Assembly (NCBI GenBank): GCA_963822445.1
Contig: CAWGHO010000001.1
Location: forward strand, 64,001-128,000
Source: an uncultured Acidobacteriota bacterium
GTDB taxonomy: Bacteria > Acidobacteriota > Thermoanaerobaculia > Gp7-AA8
Length of the DNA: 64,000 nt
Reading direction: 5' to 3'
The first letter of the stretch is position 1. Each line of letters opens with the position of its first letter. Shown here piece after piece: positions 31,473 to 41,163 of the stretch. Below the pieces are notes generated by a model, which worked only from the letters and a program-made list of their open reading frames with translations, ran no database searches and was not told the origin of the DNA. The position numbers and the translations under genes are program-made.

Positions 31473-32539
31473 CTATGTCGCTTGCATCGCTACTTTCGTT
31501 GGATCCCAGAGCTCTCCTTTCTTCCAGAGGTGTAGCATGATCGCGGCGATTTTTCTGGCCAGGGTGACCTTCGCGAGTTCCGGCCGGACACCATTCGCAA
31601 CGCAACGCTGGTAAGCGTCCTGAAGCGGTCCCGCTTTGAGTGTCGCCGCGTTGGCCGCTCCCTTGAACACGCTCTGAGAAGGCGGTTGTGGTTCCGATTC
31701 AGACCGCGCGTGGCGACCACGTGCCGGCGTCGGCGCAGCACACCACCAGAGAACTCGTGTTCACCGCTTGAGCGCGTTACCACGGCCAGACCGCAGTACG
31801 GCCACAGCTGCCGTTTCGTGCGGAACCGATGAGGGGTGACGATGATGGCCAGCAGGCAAGCCACACGAACGGGACCAAAGAATGGGATCGACTGCAGAAT
31901 GGTCCAACCATAACGCCGCGGTGCTTCAGCGACCATTGCCGCCTTCGCCCGCCGTCTGAGCTGTTTCAGTGTGTCGAGCTCGGTCAACAACTGCTCAGCG
32001 CGAAAGCGCGCACCGGTTGACTCGATCCGCCCTAACCACTCAACGCGGTTCTCGTCGCTGAAGACCGAGCGACCCGGTGTTCGAATGCCTCGTGCGCGGA
32101 ACAACGCTTTGATCCGCAGCATCGTCCGAGTGGCATCGTCGACCAGGTTCATGTAGCAGCGAACCAGCTCCTTCAGGGTGAGCGTGTCGTGCAGCGCGTG
32201 GAACACCGGCGTGAGCGCACCCAGCCGAAGCAGCTCCGACAGGTGGTCGGCATCCAGCTGATCACTTCTCTTCGACACCTCACTTCGGCCACGCGTACAG
32301 CACACCACCATTCTCTCGGCATGCGGCACGATCAGATCGTGCAGCCACTGCGCCTGTGTTCCTTCCTCGAGCGCCACCCGCACACGTGATCCGAGTCCTC
32401 TCACGAGATTCACGATCGCCGATCCCTCCGTCGGTATCGTGGCCCGCATTCGGATCGCGCCATCCTCGCCTCTGACACTCGCAACGATTGTTGCCTGGTG
32501 AACGTCGAGAGCGAGATACTGAATCGCCTGATGTTTCAT
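31473..32539 (-). CDS. IS110 DEDD transposase/recombinase; 1-nt frameshift near 31675
   Basis: LALDVHQ, ALEEG and SDQLDA (DEDD); YCGLAVVTRSSG; C-terminus VFKGAA...LARKIAAI continues in ORF 31473-31670. Confidence 0.9.
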
Positions 32540-32679
32540 GGCAGCCGCTCCTTCCTTTCGTTTGTTGTTTCCAGCTCCAAACTTACAGGAAGGAGCGTGC
32601 TCTCATCATGCGTTAGGCCGACCGCACAGAACGGCAAAAACCGTCTCGATGTAGAATTCGTCCGAGGTCGCAATCACTG

Positions 32680-35355
32680 ATGGGACGATATGCAGATCAA
32701 ATCGCAGAGTTGGAGCTTGTGCGTCAAATCGATCGGAATGTTGGCGTCGACGGCATCTCACGCTCGGACGCGCAGAAGTTATCAGCCCTCGTTATGGAAG
32801 TCGCCGACACCGCCGGCCCGCTCCTGAGTCGCATACCTGTTGTCTTTAAACAGTATACAGAGCATGACCTGGGTCATTCGCGTAATCTGATCGATCTGAT
32901 GGGACGATTCATTCCACCGGACACGCTCCGCAATCTGAATGCGCTGGAGCTTTCGTTGCTAGTTATCGCCGCTCTTCTGCACGATATTGGCATGTTCGTC
33001 ACTGACGCAGAGAAATCTGATGTTCTTTTGTCGGACGCGTTCAGGGCGTTTGTGGCGGCTTCCCCCGAGCGGTTCCGAGTTCTAGAAGCATCATCATTGC
33101 TACCCAACCCGCGGCAGGCCATCGAAGATGCGGCACTGGCCGAGTTCTTTAGAAAACGCCATCCCGAGCGCGCGAAGGCTATCATTCAGAGTCTTTTTGC
33201 TGAACGTCTCGTATTCGCCGATGTAGAACTCGCTCCCCTCGTCGGCGACATCTGTGAGAGTCACGGTTGGCCCGTATACACAAGTGATGATCCTCGGCAG
33301 CCCGAGCGAGCAATCGCGAAGTCGCTGAAACGCATGCAGCCTGTAGGCGGATTACCGTTCAACCCCCAATACACCGCCTGTTGTCTGCGACTCGCCGATA
33401 TTCTCGACTTCGACCGCTCACGTACGCCGTTGGCATTACTTCGCACCATAACGGACGAGGTTTCTCAGCGCGAGTGGCTCAAGCATCTGCAAATCACTGG
33501 TTGGAGCATCCGAGCACACGAGATAGAATTCTACGCAGCGTGCCAGCACCCGGCTCATTATGTCGCGATTATGGAGTTTCTAGAATTGGTCGACCATGAA
33601 TTGCGCGACTGCCGACGACTAATCATGCGTGAAGCGCCGGCCGAAATTTCTGCGAAGTATGCTTTCCATCTGCCGCCCGCCGTCGAGCGAATGTACGTTG
33701 AGATGGCGGACAAGAGCTTCGCCGCCGGCGGATTTCGCTTCCGGCTCGATTACGAACGAATATTCAAGCTGCTTATGGATAGAAGCCTCTACCCTGACGC
33801 TAGCTTGTTCTTGCGGGAGTTGCTGCAAAATTCATTAGATGCCTGTAGGGTGCGTCGTGCAATGATTGAGGCTGAGGGTGCAGCTCAATATTATACGCCG
33901 TGTATTGTCATATCTGTAGGAGCGCGCACTTCGTCAGGTACGATCCTGAGCTTTCAGGACAACGGTATCGGAATGTCGGAAGACATTGTCAGAAACTACT
34001 TTGTGCAGATTGGGCGGAGTTACTACCGCTCGGGAGAGTTTAACGCGGTCCGGCATCTACTCGCGGATGCGGGGATTGAGATTGAAGCGACATCCCAGTT
34101 CGGAATCGGCTTCTTGTCCTGTTTCATGGTTGCGGACCACATTGAAATTGAGACATTTAGAGTCGGTGAGGTGCCGTTACGTGTCACAATCGAGGGGCCA
34201 ACGAAGTATTTTCTGGTTCGTCGTCTCGCTGCACCACCGCCGCCCCAGATTGCCGCTGTCGCCAAGACGTTAGACGAGGACGGCCCTCCGAAGTTCGTCG
34301 GCACGCGCGTCACGATTCGTATGCGTCCTGACGTGGATATTGACGTGCAGGCGCTTTTGGGCCGGTTTGCAGCGAACGTAGAGTGTGACGTCATCATTAA
34401 AGAAAAGAATCGGCGCGTGGTTCAACAGGCATGGATGTGGGAACGCCTGGCGGTTTTGCCGTCGGCGCTGCCCACTTCAGTAGGTCGTTCGGCCTATGGT
34501 GACCTCGTACCCGAGCCCCAGGCTGTCCCTTGGGCGCCTAAGTTTGATGACGTCCTGATGGCGATCGATGTTCCTCTCGACGACACACAATTGCCTGGCC
34601 GCCTGAGAGGCAAGGCGTGGTTCTGGTTTATCAGAGGGCACGACGGCGGTCCAACACCTTCTCGCGGCTTTCTGCGGATCGGAGCTGACATTCGCCCGGA
34701 GGGCTTGCCGAAGATTGCATCATCGTTTATCGACACAATCGCCAAGTATCTCGATGACTATATCGAACAAGACAAACTCGATCTCACTGAAATATCGAGG
34801 CTAATCGGTTCGGGCGCAGGCGCAACTCTAGCGGAATGGTGGGAACAAAGGAAACCTGAACAACGTCGAGCTCTTCTTGCGTGGTACATCCATCCTATTA
34901 AACGTGATACGAAGTGGTTCCAGAGCGGCGATGCCTTGCGAGCACTACTGTCGCGCGATGACGCGTGGCTGAAGCATCCTGTCAGCTATACCGACGGAGT
35001 TGGAAACACCTTCCCACAGAGTATTGCACTACACGGTGTCGAGGTCACAGCGGGCATTACGCGCTGGGACGCGATGGTGGGCTTTGCGCGGAGACTACCG
35101 ATCCTTAAATTCATGGCGGGTTTCCGCGTCGATGTTAGGCGCGATGCACCGACCCCGGCCGCCAATCGATTATTTTTTGATCCGCAGGAGGGAGCCAAGA
35201 TTGCAGTTCCATTGCTTAACGCATACCTACGGCGTGCCCAACACCTTGTCGAAACACATCCGGACGATGCGGATTGGGCCGTTTGGTACTCTAGCTTTAT
35301 AGACGCAACAGAACGGTCCGCTTATGCGTCACAACTCACATATCGGACGGCCTAA
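32680..35355 (+). CDS. HD-CE domain + HSP90-like (GHKL) ATPase; probable gene cassette
   Basis: YTEHDLGHS, LHDIGM, ESHG and LRLADILD; LRELLQNSLDA, DNGIGM and FGIGFLSCFMV. Confidence 0.85.
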   Translation: MGRYADQIAELELVRQIDRNVGVDGISRSDAQKLSALVMEVADTAGPLLSRIPVVFKQYTEHDLGHSRNLIDLMGRFIPPDTLRNLNALELSLLVIAALLHDIGMFVTDAEKSDVLLSDAFRAFVAASPERFRVLEASSLLPNPRQAIEDAALAEFFRKRHPERAKAIIQSLFAERLVFADVELAPLVGDICESHGWPVYTSDDPRQPERAIAKSLKRMQPVGGLPFNPQYTACCLRLADILDFDRSRTPLALLRTITDEVSQREWLKHLQITGWSIRAHEIEFYAACQHPAHYVAIMEFLELVDHELRDCRRLIMREAPAEISAKYAFHLPPAVERMYVEMADKSFAAGGFRFRLDYERIFKLLMDRSLYPDASLFLRELLQNSLDACRVRRAMIEAEGAAQYYTPCIVISVGARTSSGTILSFQDNGIGMSEDIVRNYFVQIGRSYYRSGEFNAVRHLLADAGIEIEATSQFGIGFLSCFMVADHIEIETFRVGEVPLRVTIEGPTKYFLVRRLAAPPPPQIAAVAKTLDEDGPPKFVGTRVTIRMRPDVDIDVQALLGRFAANVECDVIIKEKNRRVVQQAWMWERLAVLPSALPTSVGRSAYGDLVPEPQAVPWAPKFDDVLMAIDVPLDDTQLPGRLRGKAWFWFIRGHDGGPTPSRGFLRIGADIRPEGLPKIASSFIDTIAKYLDDYIEQDKLDLTEISRLIGSGAGATLAEWWEQRKPEQRRALLAWYIHPIKRDTKWFQSGDALRALLSRDDAWLKHPVSYTDGVGNTFPQSIALHGVEVTAGITRWDAMVGFARRLPILKFMAGFRVDVRRDAPTPAANRLFFDPQEGAKIAVPLLNAYLRRAQHLVETHPDDADWAVWYSSFIDATERSAYASQLTYRTA

Positions 35356-35547
35356 CTACTGCCCGAAGCTGTCGCGGCCCGGCTTCGGTCCCGGCGGCCG
35401 AGCCGCCTACATTTTCGCCGGCGTGACGGCGTCACAGCGGTTGCAGTTCGGCAGGCGTTGCGTACACCTTCTTGCCGGCAACCGCTGCGCCGCTTGGGCT
35501 TCGGCACGCGGGCCCTGCCCACGCAGCTTAGGCGATAGACGTTGGGC
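35350..35547 (+). other. attC-like integron recombination site (198 bp)
   Basis: GCCTAAC (overlaps the stop codon)...GCCCGAAGCTG pairs with CAGCTTAGGC...GTTGGGC; one extra base in the left L box; internal hairpins. Confidence 0.75.
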
Positions 35548-35643
35548 GGACGTTGGCGCAAATCATTCGCACCCAGCCGCACACTTCGATGACCTGTTAA
35601 CCTAAGACGTACGAGGAACGTTTTACTGCTGCTCGGAGTATGT

Positions 35644-36676
35644 TTGCTCTCGTTGCCGTTCCTCAACGCGCACGCGAGTGGTCGACGTCGCGCCGTATCG
35701 CCAGGTGGCTCGCTCGTCGGTCCACCTCATCCAGTACGACTCGGAACAATTCCCTCCGATGCCGAGATTGTCTACCATCAGGATCAACTTATTTATGTGA
35801 CGAATCGCCAGCGTACGGTCGTCACCCAAATCACATTTGACAATCCCAGACGGTGGGAGCACGTAGCCCTTTCGCACGATCGGCGCTTCGTAGTAGCCAA
35901 CGAGCAATTGCCGAACCCAGCCGGCGAAGCTGGTGGTTTTTCGCGGCTTTGGATCTTCGACCTGAGGGCCGGAACCGAAGCTCGTCTGCTTCCTGATTTT
36001 CTTACGGCGGGGAATGGCGGCGTCGATTGGGACGCTCAAGGATTCATCTTCTTCGCAGCGAAAGAGAAAAATGTAGTTCCTCATCCAGAGTCTCGTGCCG
36101 ACTTCCTCGCCACTGCGGGAGCCAACGATATCTATCGAATTCGCTACGACGGAAGCAGTCTTCGACGCCTTCTCAACACCTCTCTCGCCGGCGAGGCTGA
36201 TGTCTCCGTCTCGGAGGACGGTTCTCTGGTGACCTTTCGCTCGCAGCCCCTCGACGATGAGACTCACACAGAAGTCTGGTTTGAACGCCGATGGCTCGAA
36301 TCCAGGCCTGGTCTATCGAGGTGGGGCGAATCGGGTTAGCGGCGTCCATGATCCGGAGGTTTCCCCCGACAACTCCTACATTGTATTCAGCAAGGTCAAC
36401 GCGGATGTGCCACCCAACTTTCCTGAGAATCCGGACGCAAACACGGCACATGACATCTGGCGTATAAGGATCGACGGAACCGATGCAAGGCGCTTGACGC
36501 GCGCCGGCCCCATCTCGATCACGCCCCGATTGGAGGGGCGACGAGATACTCTTCCTGCACATCAGCGAAACCGAGCGCTATGCTGGCTTAGCTGTTGTAA
36601 CAGTGGATGCCACGGACCAAACTCCTATACGCCTCGGCTCAGGTCCCCAACATCCCCAAGTGGATTCCGTAGCTAG
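35644..36676 (+). pseudogene. Secreted TolB-like (PD40) propeller protein, frameshifted; probable second cassette
   Basis: SHDRRFV, SEDGSLV and PEVSPDNSYIVF repeats split over ORFs 35644-36339 and 36257-36676. Confidence 0.65.
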
Positions 36677-36695
36677 GTGACTCAACCGATTCGCC

Positions 36696-36720
36696 GCCCA
36701 ACTACTGCCAGGAGCTGTCG
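36696..36720 (+). other. Left arm of a second attC-like site (right arm not found)
   Basis: GCCCAACTACTGCCAGGAGCTGTCG matches 35350-35374 at 22/25 positions. Confidence 0.65.
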
Positions 36721-37015
36721 GCGGGGTTCACCGCTCCCGGCGCTGAGGCGCCTCTTGTCTCCCCGAGACGCACGGCGCCGCATGCATCCGGGGCCTCGCC
36801 ACCGCTGAGGCGACGAATGTCAGACGCACGCAGGTCGGCGTGACTAACTATTTGGATAGCGGCCTTCTTGGTGGCAAACAAATCGGCGCCCCTGTTTGAA
36901 TGACTTACAGATGCAGGCAGGTCCTAGGGCTCCCCAAGAGAGCATCCGAATGCGCACTACCTTTGTGATCAACACAACTTTGAGCGGTGCGTGGTGGTCA
37001 CATCACGATCTGATG

Positions 37016-37309
37016 TCAAAACGGACAGCTGACGTCATACCACACACCACCATAGTAAATCTGGCACTTCGTCCAACCTGTACCCGTGGCGCAATCGGTA
37101 TGAGTCCAAACGCGTGCGCTCGACGGGTAACCCCACCAGTCGGTGGTGTCGTCGCAATAGAAATATCTGTAGCCCGATATGACCGTCCATGAGGTGTTGT
37201 AGTAGTCGTACAGATCTTCGGATGTCCGAGCCTGGGCGACTGGCGTGGTACCTAGCGCGAGAACGAGCGCCAGCACTGCGGCAAAGTAGCTACGCTTCTT
37301 CGTTTTCAT
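37016..37309 (-). CDS. Small secreted Cys/Trp/Tyr-rich protein (DUF6289-like)
   Basis: Signal peptide AQA; AAAGGA RBS; YY..G....CD...WG; 4 Cys. Confidence 0.72.
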   Translation of the reverse strand: MKTKKRSYFAAVLALVLALGTTPVAQARTSEDLYDYYNTSWTVISGYRYFYCDDTTDWWGYPSSARVWTHTDCATGTGWTKCQIYYGGVWYDVSCPF

Positions 37310-37656
37310 GACACGTTTCCTTTCCCACGCACCGCGGGCTAATACTACCTGAAGGCCGGAAGGATGTACGTGGCCGACTCGCTGAGCTTGCTAAGTACCT
37401 CAGCTACGAGTCATTCGGACGGAAGAAACCTGTTGCAGGGAGGTGGGCGATCGCGACAGGCCGAGGGCGTCGAATTTCGTTGCCGAGCACGGTACGCATG
37501 GCGCGCGTCAGCGGGAGAAAGCATAGCGTCAGTGGAGACCGGCGCCCACCTACTGCCAGCAGCGGACGGCGGCCCGCTCCAGATGTACGAACGATGGTAA
37601 GTGTTCCTGCGGCGCCCGTGCAGAATCATGCCGCACAGACGGTCGAGTGGAGCGAG

Positions 37657-37941
37657 CTAATCCGGCTCGCAGATGCCGCAGGACCAAGACGTCGTGCTGC
37701 AAGAGTGAATGGCACCTCCGCAGCTATTGTCGCCCCAGCACGAATAGGTTCCGTCGCACTCCAGGGTGCACTCGCCGACGAGCACAGGGCCCCCTGACGT
37801 GCACTCAGTACCGTGACAGATGACGGGCCGTGTGTAATAGCTGGTGATGTAGCCGAATGGAACCGGCGGGCACGCTGCTTCCAGCGCAAAAGCAGCGAGC
37901 AGAATCGCGAAGGCCAACATAATGCGTCCACGACGTTTCAT
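37657..37941 (-). CDS. Small secreted Cys-rich protein (DUF6289-like)
   Basis: Signal peptide; GGAGG RBS; VGECTLECDGTYSCWG; 10 Cys. Confidence 0.72.
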   Translation of the reverse strand: MKRRGRIMLAFAILLAAFALEAACPPVPFGYITSYYTRPVICHGTECTSGGPVLVGECTLECDGTYSCWGDNSCGGAIHSCSTTSWSCGICEPD

Positions 37942-38204
37942 GGTCTTGTCCCTCCGAAGTTTCCTTTTACTGTGTGTGCTACCTCGCACCGTGGCCAGTC
38001 TGGACAGCTGCTCACTGGCTCAACAAAGTGTTTGGCTTTCATGCCTGACGACGATCATTGGTGCGCCCAGCGGTGCCCGGTCTCTTGCGACGTCCACCGA
38101 AACGCGATGACGGAAAGCGCGTTCACGACGTGCTGCAGCGAACCATCACGACCGGGCATGGTATCATGACGGACACCCAACCACCCTTACCTCCCGGAGG
38201 ATTT

Positions 38205-38507
38205 ATGAGAGCTCGTCGTGCAGCGGTCGTCCTCATCATCGCCACAATCTGCGCGGTGGCCACGCCCACAAGCGAGTCCAACGCCAACGCGAACTGCTAC
38301 TACAACCTCGCCTGGACCACGCAGTACTGGTATCCGAATTCTTGCGGCCCCGGTCCTCACCCGCCCGGGACCATCTGCAACGATGTGCTGACCCTTGCTG
38401 GCGAGTCGGGCGTCGACTGTGCCGGGAATGCCTGGTCGTCGGGCGATACGAATCCGGCCCTTTACCAGACCCATTCCTACGAAGTGTGCGAGCCGATCTG
38501 CGATTGA
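38205..38507 (+). CDS. Small secreted Cys-rich protein (DUF6289-like)
   Basis: GGAGG RBS; signal peptide; AGESGVDCAGNAWSSG; 6 Cys in the predicted mature part. Confidence 0.72.
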   Translation: MRARRAAVVLIIATICAVATPTSESNANANCYYNLAWTTQYWYPNSCGPGPHPPGTICNDVLTLAGESGVDCAGNAWSSGDTNPALYQTHSYEVCEPICD

Positions 38508-38782
38508 TTTTCGTCGGCTGATCGAACGCGTGCTGAGGGCGAACGAAGCCGATCAGTCGATCTTCTGTCGCACTTCTGCAGTACCGCGCTGTAACGCCAG
38601 CAACTGGCGGATGCGTCGAGGATCGCGCTCGACGCCAAACGATCGTTCCCTGCTCATCGTGCGGCCAGCATTAGGGTGAGCCTATGCTTCGCGGGGTCGC
38701 AGGCTTCCAGTTCCGAAATGAAATGGAGGCTGGTCCTGGCGGCCGGCAGATCCAGTTGCTGTTCGAACCTGCCGCGTAGAAG

Positions 38783-38860
<78 letters not shown>

Positions 38861-38953
38861 CCGAGCGCGAGCCGCGAAGACGGCGGATGATAGCGGATCA
38901 TCGCCGACCAGGAAACGCGACGACTGCCCTCTCGAATTGCGCGAGGCGTCGCG

Positions 38954-39775
38954 TCATCGTTCAAGCCGCGCGATCACCGGAGCGTAGTCGATGCCCAGGC
39001 CGCTGTTCTCCGACGCCCAGAGCGTGCAGTTAAGGACGTTCCCGCCGTAGTTGTTCTCCACGTCCAGCGGCGCTCCGCGGGCGATGAGGGCGTCGACGGT
39101 ATCGAGGTGCCCGTAGAACGCCGCCCAGTGCAGCGCGGTCATGCCCTGATTGTCTTTCGCGGCGAGATCGACGTTCTGTTGCGCGAGGAGGTCGGCGATC
39201 TTCGTATGACCGAAGGCAGCGGCCCAGATCAGTGCAAGCTCGATCGCCATCGTGTCCTTCCGCTCCACGAAGTCGTGCACGAGATCTTCCCGGCCCATCG
39301 CCGCCGCGGTTGGGAGCGTGTCGACGCGCGCCCCGCGCCGCACGAGCGCTTCCATCGTGTCGGGATAGTGAAAGGTGATGGCGGTGACCAGCGGCGAGCC
39401 GTCGTCGGCGAGGCCGTTGATCGCCGCGCCGTAATCGAGCAGCAGCTCGGCGAGCGCAACCTGCAATCCGGCGCGCGCGGGATGCACGCTCGACACGGTG
39501 AGGTCGAGCGTCGTCGAATTTCCGGCGTAGGCATCGCTGACCGCGTCGACCTCCGCACCGGCATCGAGCAGCATCCTCGCGATCTCCACGGCATTGGGCG
39601 GCGTCTTCTGCAGCTCATCTTCGACGCCGTTCGCGGAGACGTAATGCAGGAGCGTCGAGCGATGTGATCGCGTGGACCGTTCGCGGATCAACGCTGGATT
39701 TTCGCGAAGGAGTGCGGCGAGCGTGGTCGCATCGCCGGTGATGATGGCGTCGACGGCCCGCTCGAACTCACTCAT
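38954..39775 (-). CDS. Ankyrin-repeat protein
   Basis: TLLHYV, LLDAGAEVD, GMTALHWAAFYGH. Confidence 0.85.
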   Translation of the reverse strand: MSEFERAVDAIITGDATTLAALLRENPALIRERSTRSHRSTLLHYVSANGVEDELQKTPPNAVEIARMLLDAGAEVDAVSDAYAGNSTTLDLTVSSVHPARAGLQVALAELLLDYGAAINGLADDGSPLVTAITFHYPDTMEALVRRGARVDTLPTAAAMGREDLVHDFVERKDTMAIELALIWAAAFGHTKIADLLAQQNVDLAAKDNQGMTALHWAAFYGHLDTVDALIARGAPLDVENNYGGNVLNCTLWASENSGLGIDYAPVIARLER

Positions 39776-41163
39776 TTCTTCGGTACGAGTGCCATCCCGC
39801 ACTTCGGACAAGTCCCCGGAATCGCGCTCACGACCTCCGGATGCATCGGGCAGGTGTACATCGTTCCTTCCTGATGAACCGGCTCGGGCATGAAGCGCGG
39901 GAGCCGCTCCTCGCCGACCTTCCAGGCCAGCGTGCCGCGCGGCGGCTGATACCAGCCCGGATCCTTTCCCTCGGTGAACTCGTCGCGCACTTTGATGATC
40001 GTGAACATGCCGCCCATGTCGATCGGGCCGTATGGACCGACGCCGCCGCGCATGGGGATGCTGTTGCGCGGCGCGGGCATCTGGTGCTCGGACATCTCCC
40101 CCATCCCCTTCTGCCCCATCACCATCGTGCCCGGCACGAGGTCGTTGATCTTGCCGGGCACTTCGCCGGTGTCGACGCCGAGGAGGTTGGGAAGGTCGTG
40201 GCCCATCTGGTTCATCACGTGATGGGTCTTGTGGCAATGGAACGCCCAGTCGCCTGGATTGTCGGCCGTCAATTCGATGTCGCGCGTCGTTCCAACCGGC
40301 ACGTTCACGGTGTTCTCGGGGATCCAGGCCGTCTCCGGAATCGGTCCGCTGTCGGTCGCGGTCACGTAGAAGAGATGTCCGTGGATGTGAATCGGATGGG
40401 AATCCATCGACAGATTCGCCAGGCGGATGCGCACGCGATCGCCCGTGCGGACGATCATCGGCGTCGTCGCCGGGAACACCTTGCTGTTCATGGTGAACGT
40501 GTTGAAGTCGAGCATCACCGTCGGGTCGGGCGTCGCAGTGCCCGGCTTGATCGCCCACTCGTTCAGAAAGATGGCGAAGTCGCGATCGACGCGGCGCACC
40601 CGCTCGTCGCGCGGATGGATGATGAAGAAGCCGTGCATGCCCATGGCGATCTGCACCATCTCGTCGAAGTGCGGGTGGTACATGAGCGTGCCGGTCTGCC
40701 GCAGGGTGAACTCGTAGGCGTACGTTTCACCGGGCTCGATCTTCGGCTGATTGAGACCGCTGACGCCGTCCATCCCGCTGGGGATCAGGAAGCCGTGCCA
40801 GTGAACGGAAGTGCCCTCGGGCAGCTTGTTCGTGACGAGGATGCGGACGCGATCGCCTTCGAATGCTTCGATGGTCGGGCCGGGCGTCACGCCGTTGTAG
40901 CCGAAGCAATTCACGACGAGCCCCGGCGCGAACTCGCGCTGCACCGGCTCGGCGATGAGGTGGAAGACCTTCACGCCGTTGTCCATCCGGTGATGGAGCT
41001 TGTTGCCGTCGGGCACGACCACCGTCGCGCGGCCCGACCGCCGCCGCGCCGGCAAAAGCCGCGGCTCGGCCTCGGCGGAACGCGCCTCAGTGCTCCGCGT
41101 TACGCCGGCCGATGCCGCGATTCCGGCCAGAGTCGCGGCCAGTGCTTTCCGTCTCGAGATCAT
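39772..41163 (-). CDS. Tat-exported two-domain multicopper oxidase with C-terminal heavy-metal-binding domain
   Basis: SRRK signal; HWHG, YHPH, HPIHIHGH, FHCHKTHH; YTCPMHPE. Confidence 0.9.
   Translation of the reverse strand: MISRRKALAATLAGIAASAGVTRSTEARSAEAEPRLLPARRRSGRATVVVPDGNKLHHRMDNGVKVFHLIAEPVQREFAPGLVVNCFGYNGVTPGPTIEAFEGDRVRILVTNKLPEGTSVHWHGFLIPSGMDGVSGLNQPKIEPGETYAYEFTLRQTGTLMYHPHFDEMVQIAMGMHGFFIIHPRDERVRRVDRDFAIFLNEWAIKPGTATPDPTVMLDFNTFTMNSKVFPATTPMIVRTGDRVRIRLANLSMDSHPIHIHGHLFYVTATDSGPIPETAWIPENTVNVPVGTTRDIELTADNPGDWAFHCHKTHHVMNQMGHDLPNLLGVDTGEVPGKINDLVPGTMVMGQKGMGEMSEHQMPAPRNSIPMRGGVGPYGPIDMGGMFTIIKVRDEFTEGKDPGWYQPPRGTLAWKVGEERLPRFMPEPVHQEGTMYTCPMHPEVVSAIPGTCPKCGMALVPKK

Larger units (their letters stand above)
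31067..32613 (-). mobile_element. IS110-family (IS1111-type) insertion sequence
   Basis: GT core at both junctions (31067-68, 32612-13); subterminal IRs ATGAGAGC (31072-79) and GCTCTCAT (32599-606); ~400-nt non-coding region downstream of the transposase. Confidence 0.88.

Noticed and set aside
31055-32618. Idea that the IS replaced the whole interior of an attC (GCCTAA...GTTAGGC on either side)
   Set aside because: The duplicated GT core, the 17-nt junction promoter and the guide matches are all explained by simple insertion into ATACTA-GT-TAGGC. No deletion needs to be assumed.
36840-36865. GACTAAC as a third attC left arm
   Set aside because: It does not fit RYYYAAC, and no complementary right arm was found.
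38761-38770. GTTCGAACCT as an att duplication of the tRNA 3' end
   Set aside because: It is only a 9-bp match right next to the tRNA, and I found no partner at the far end of the island.
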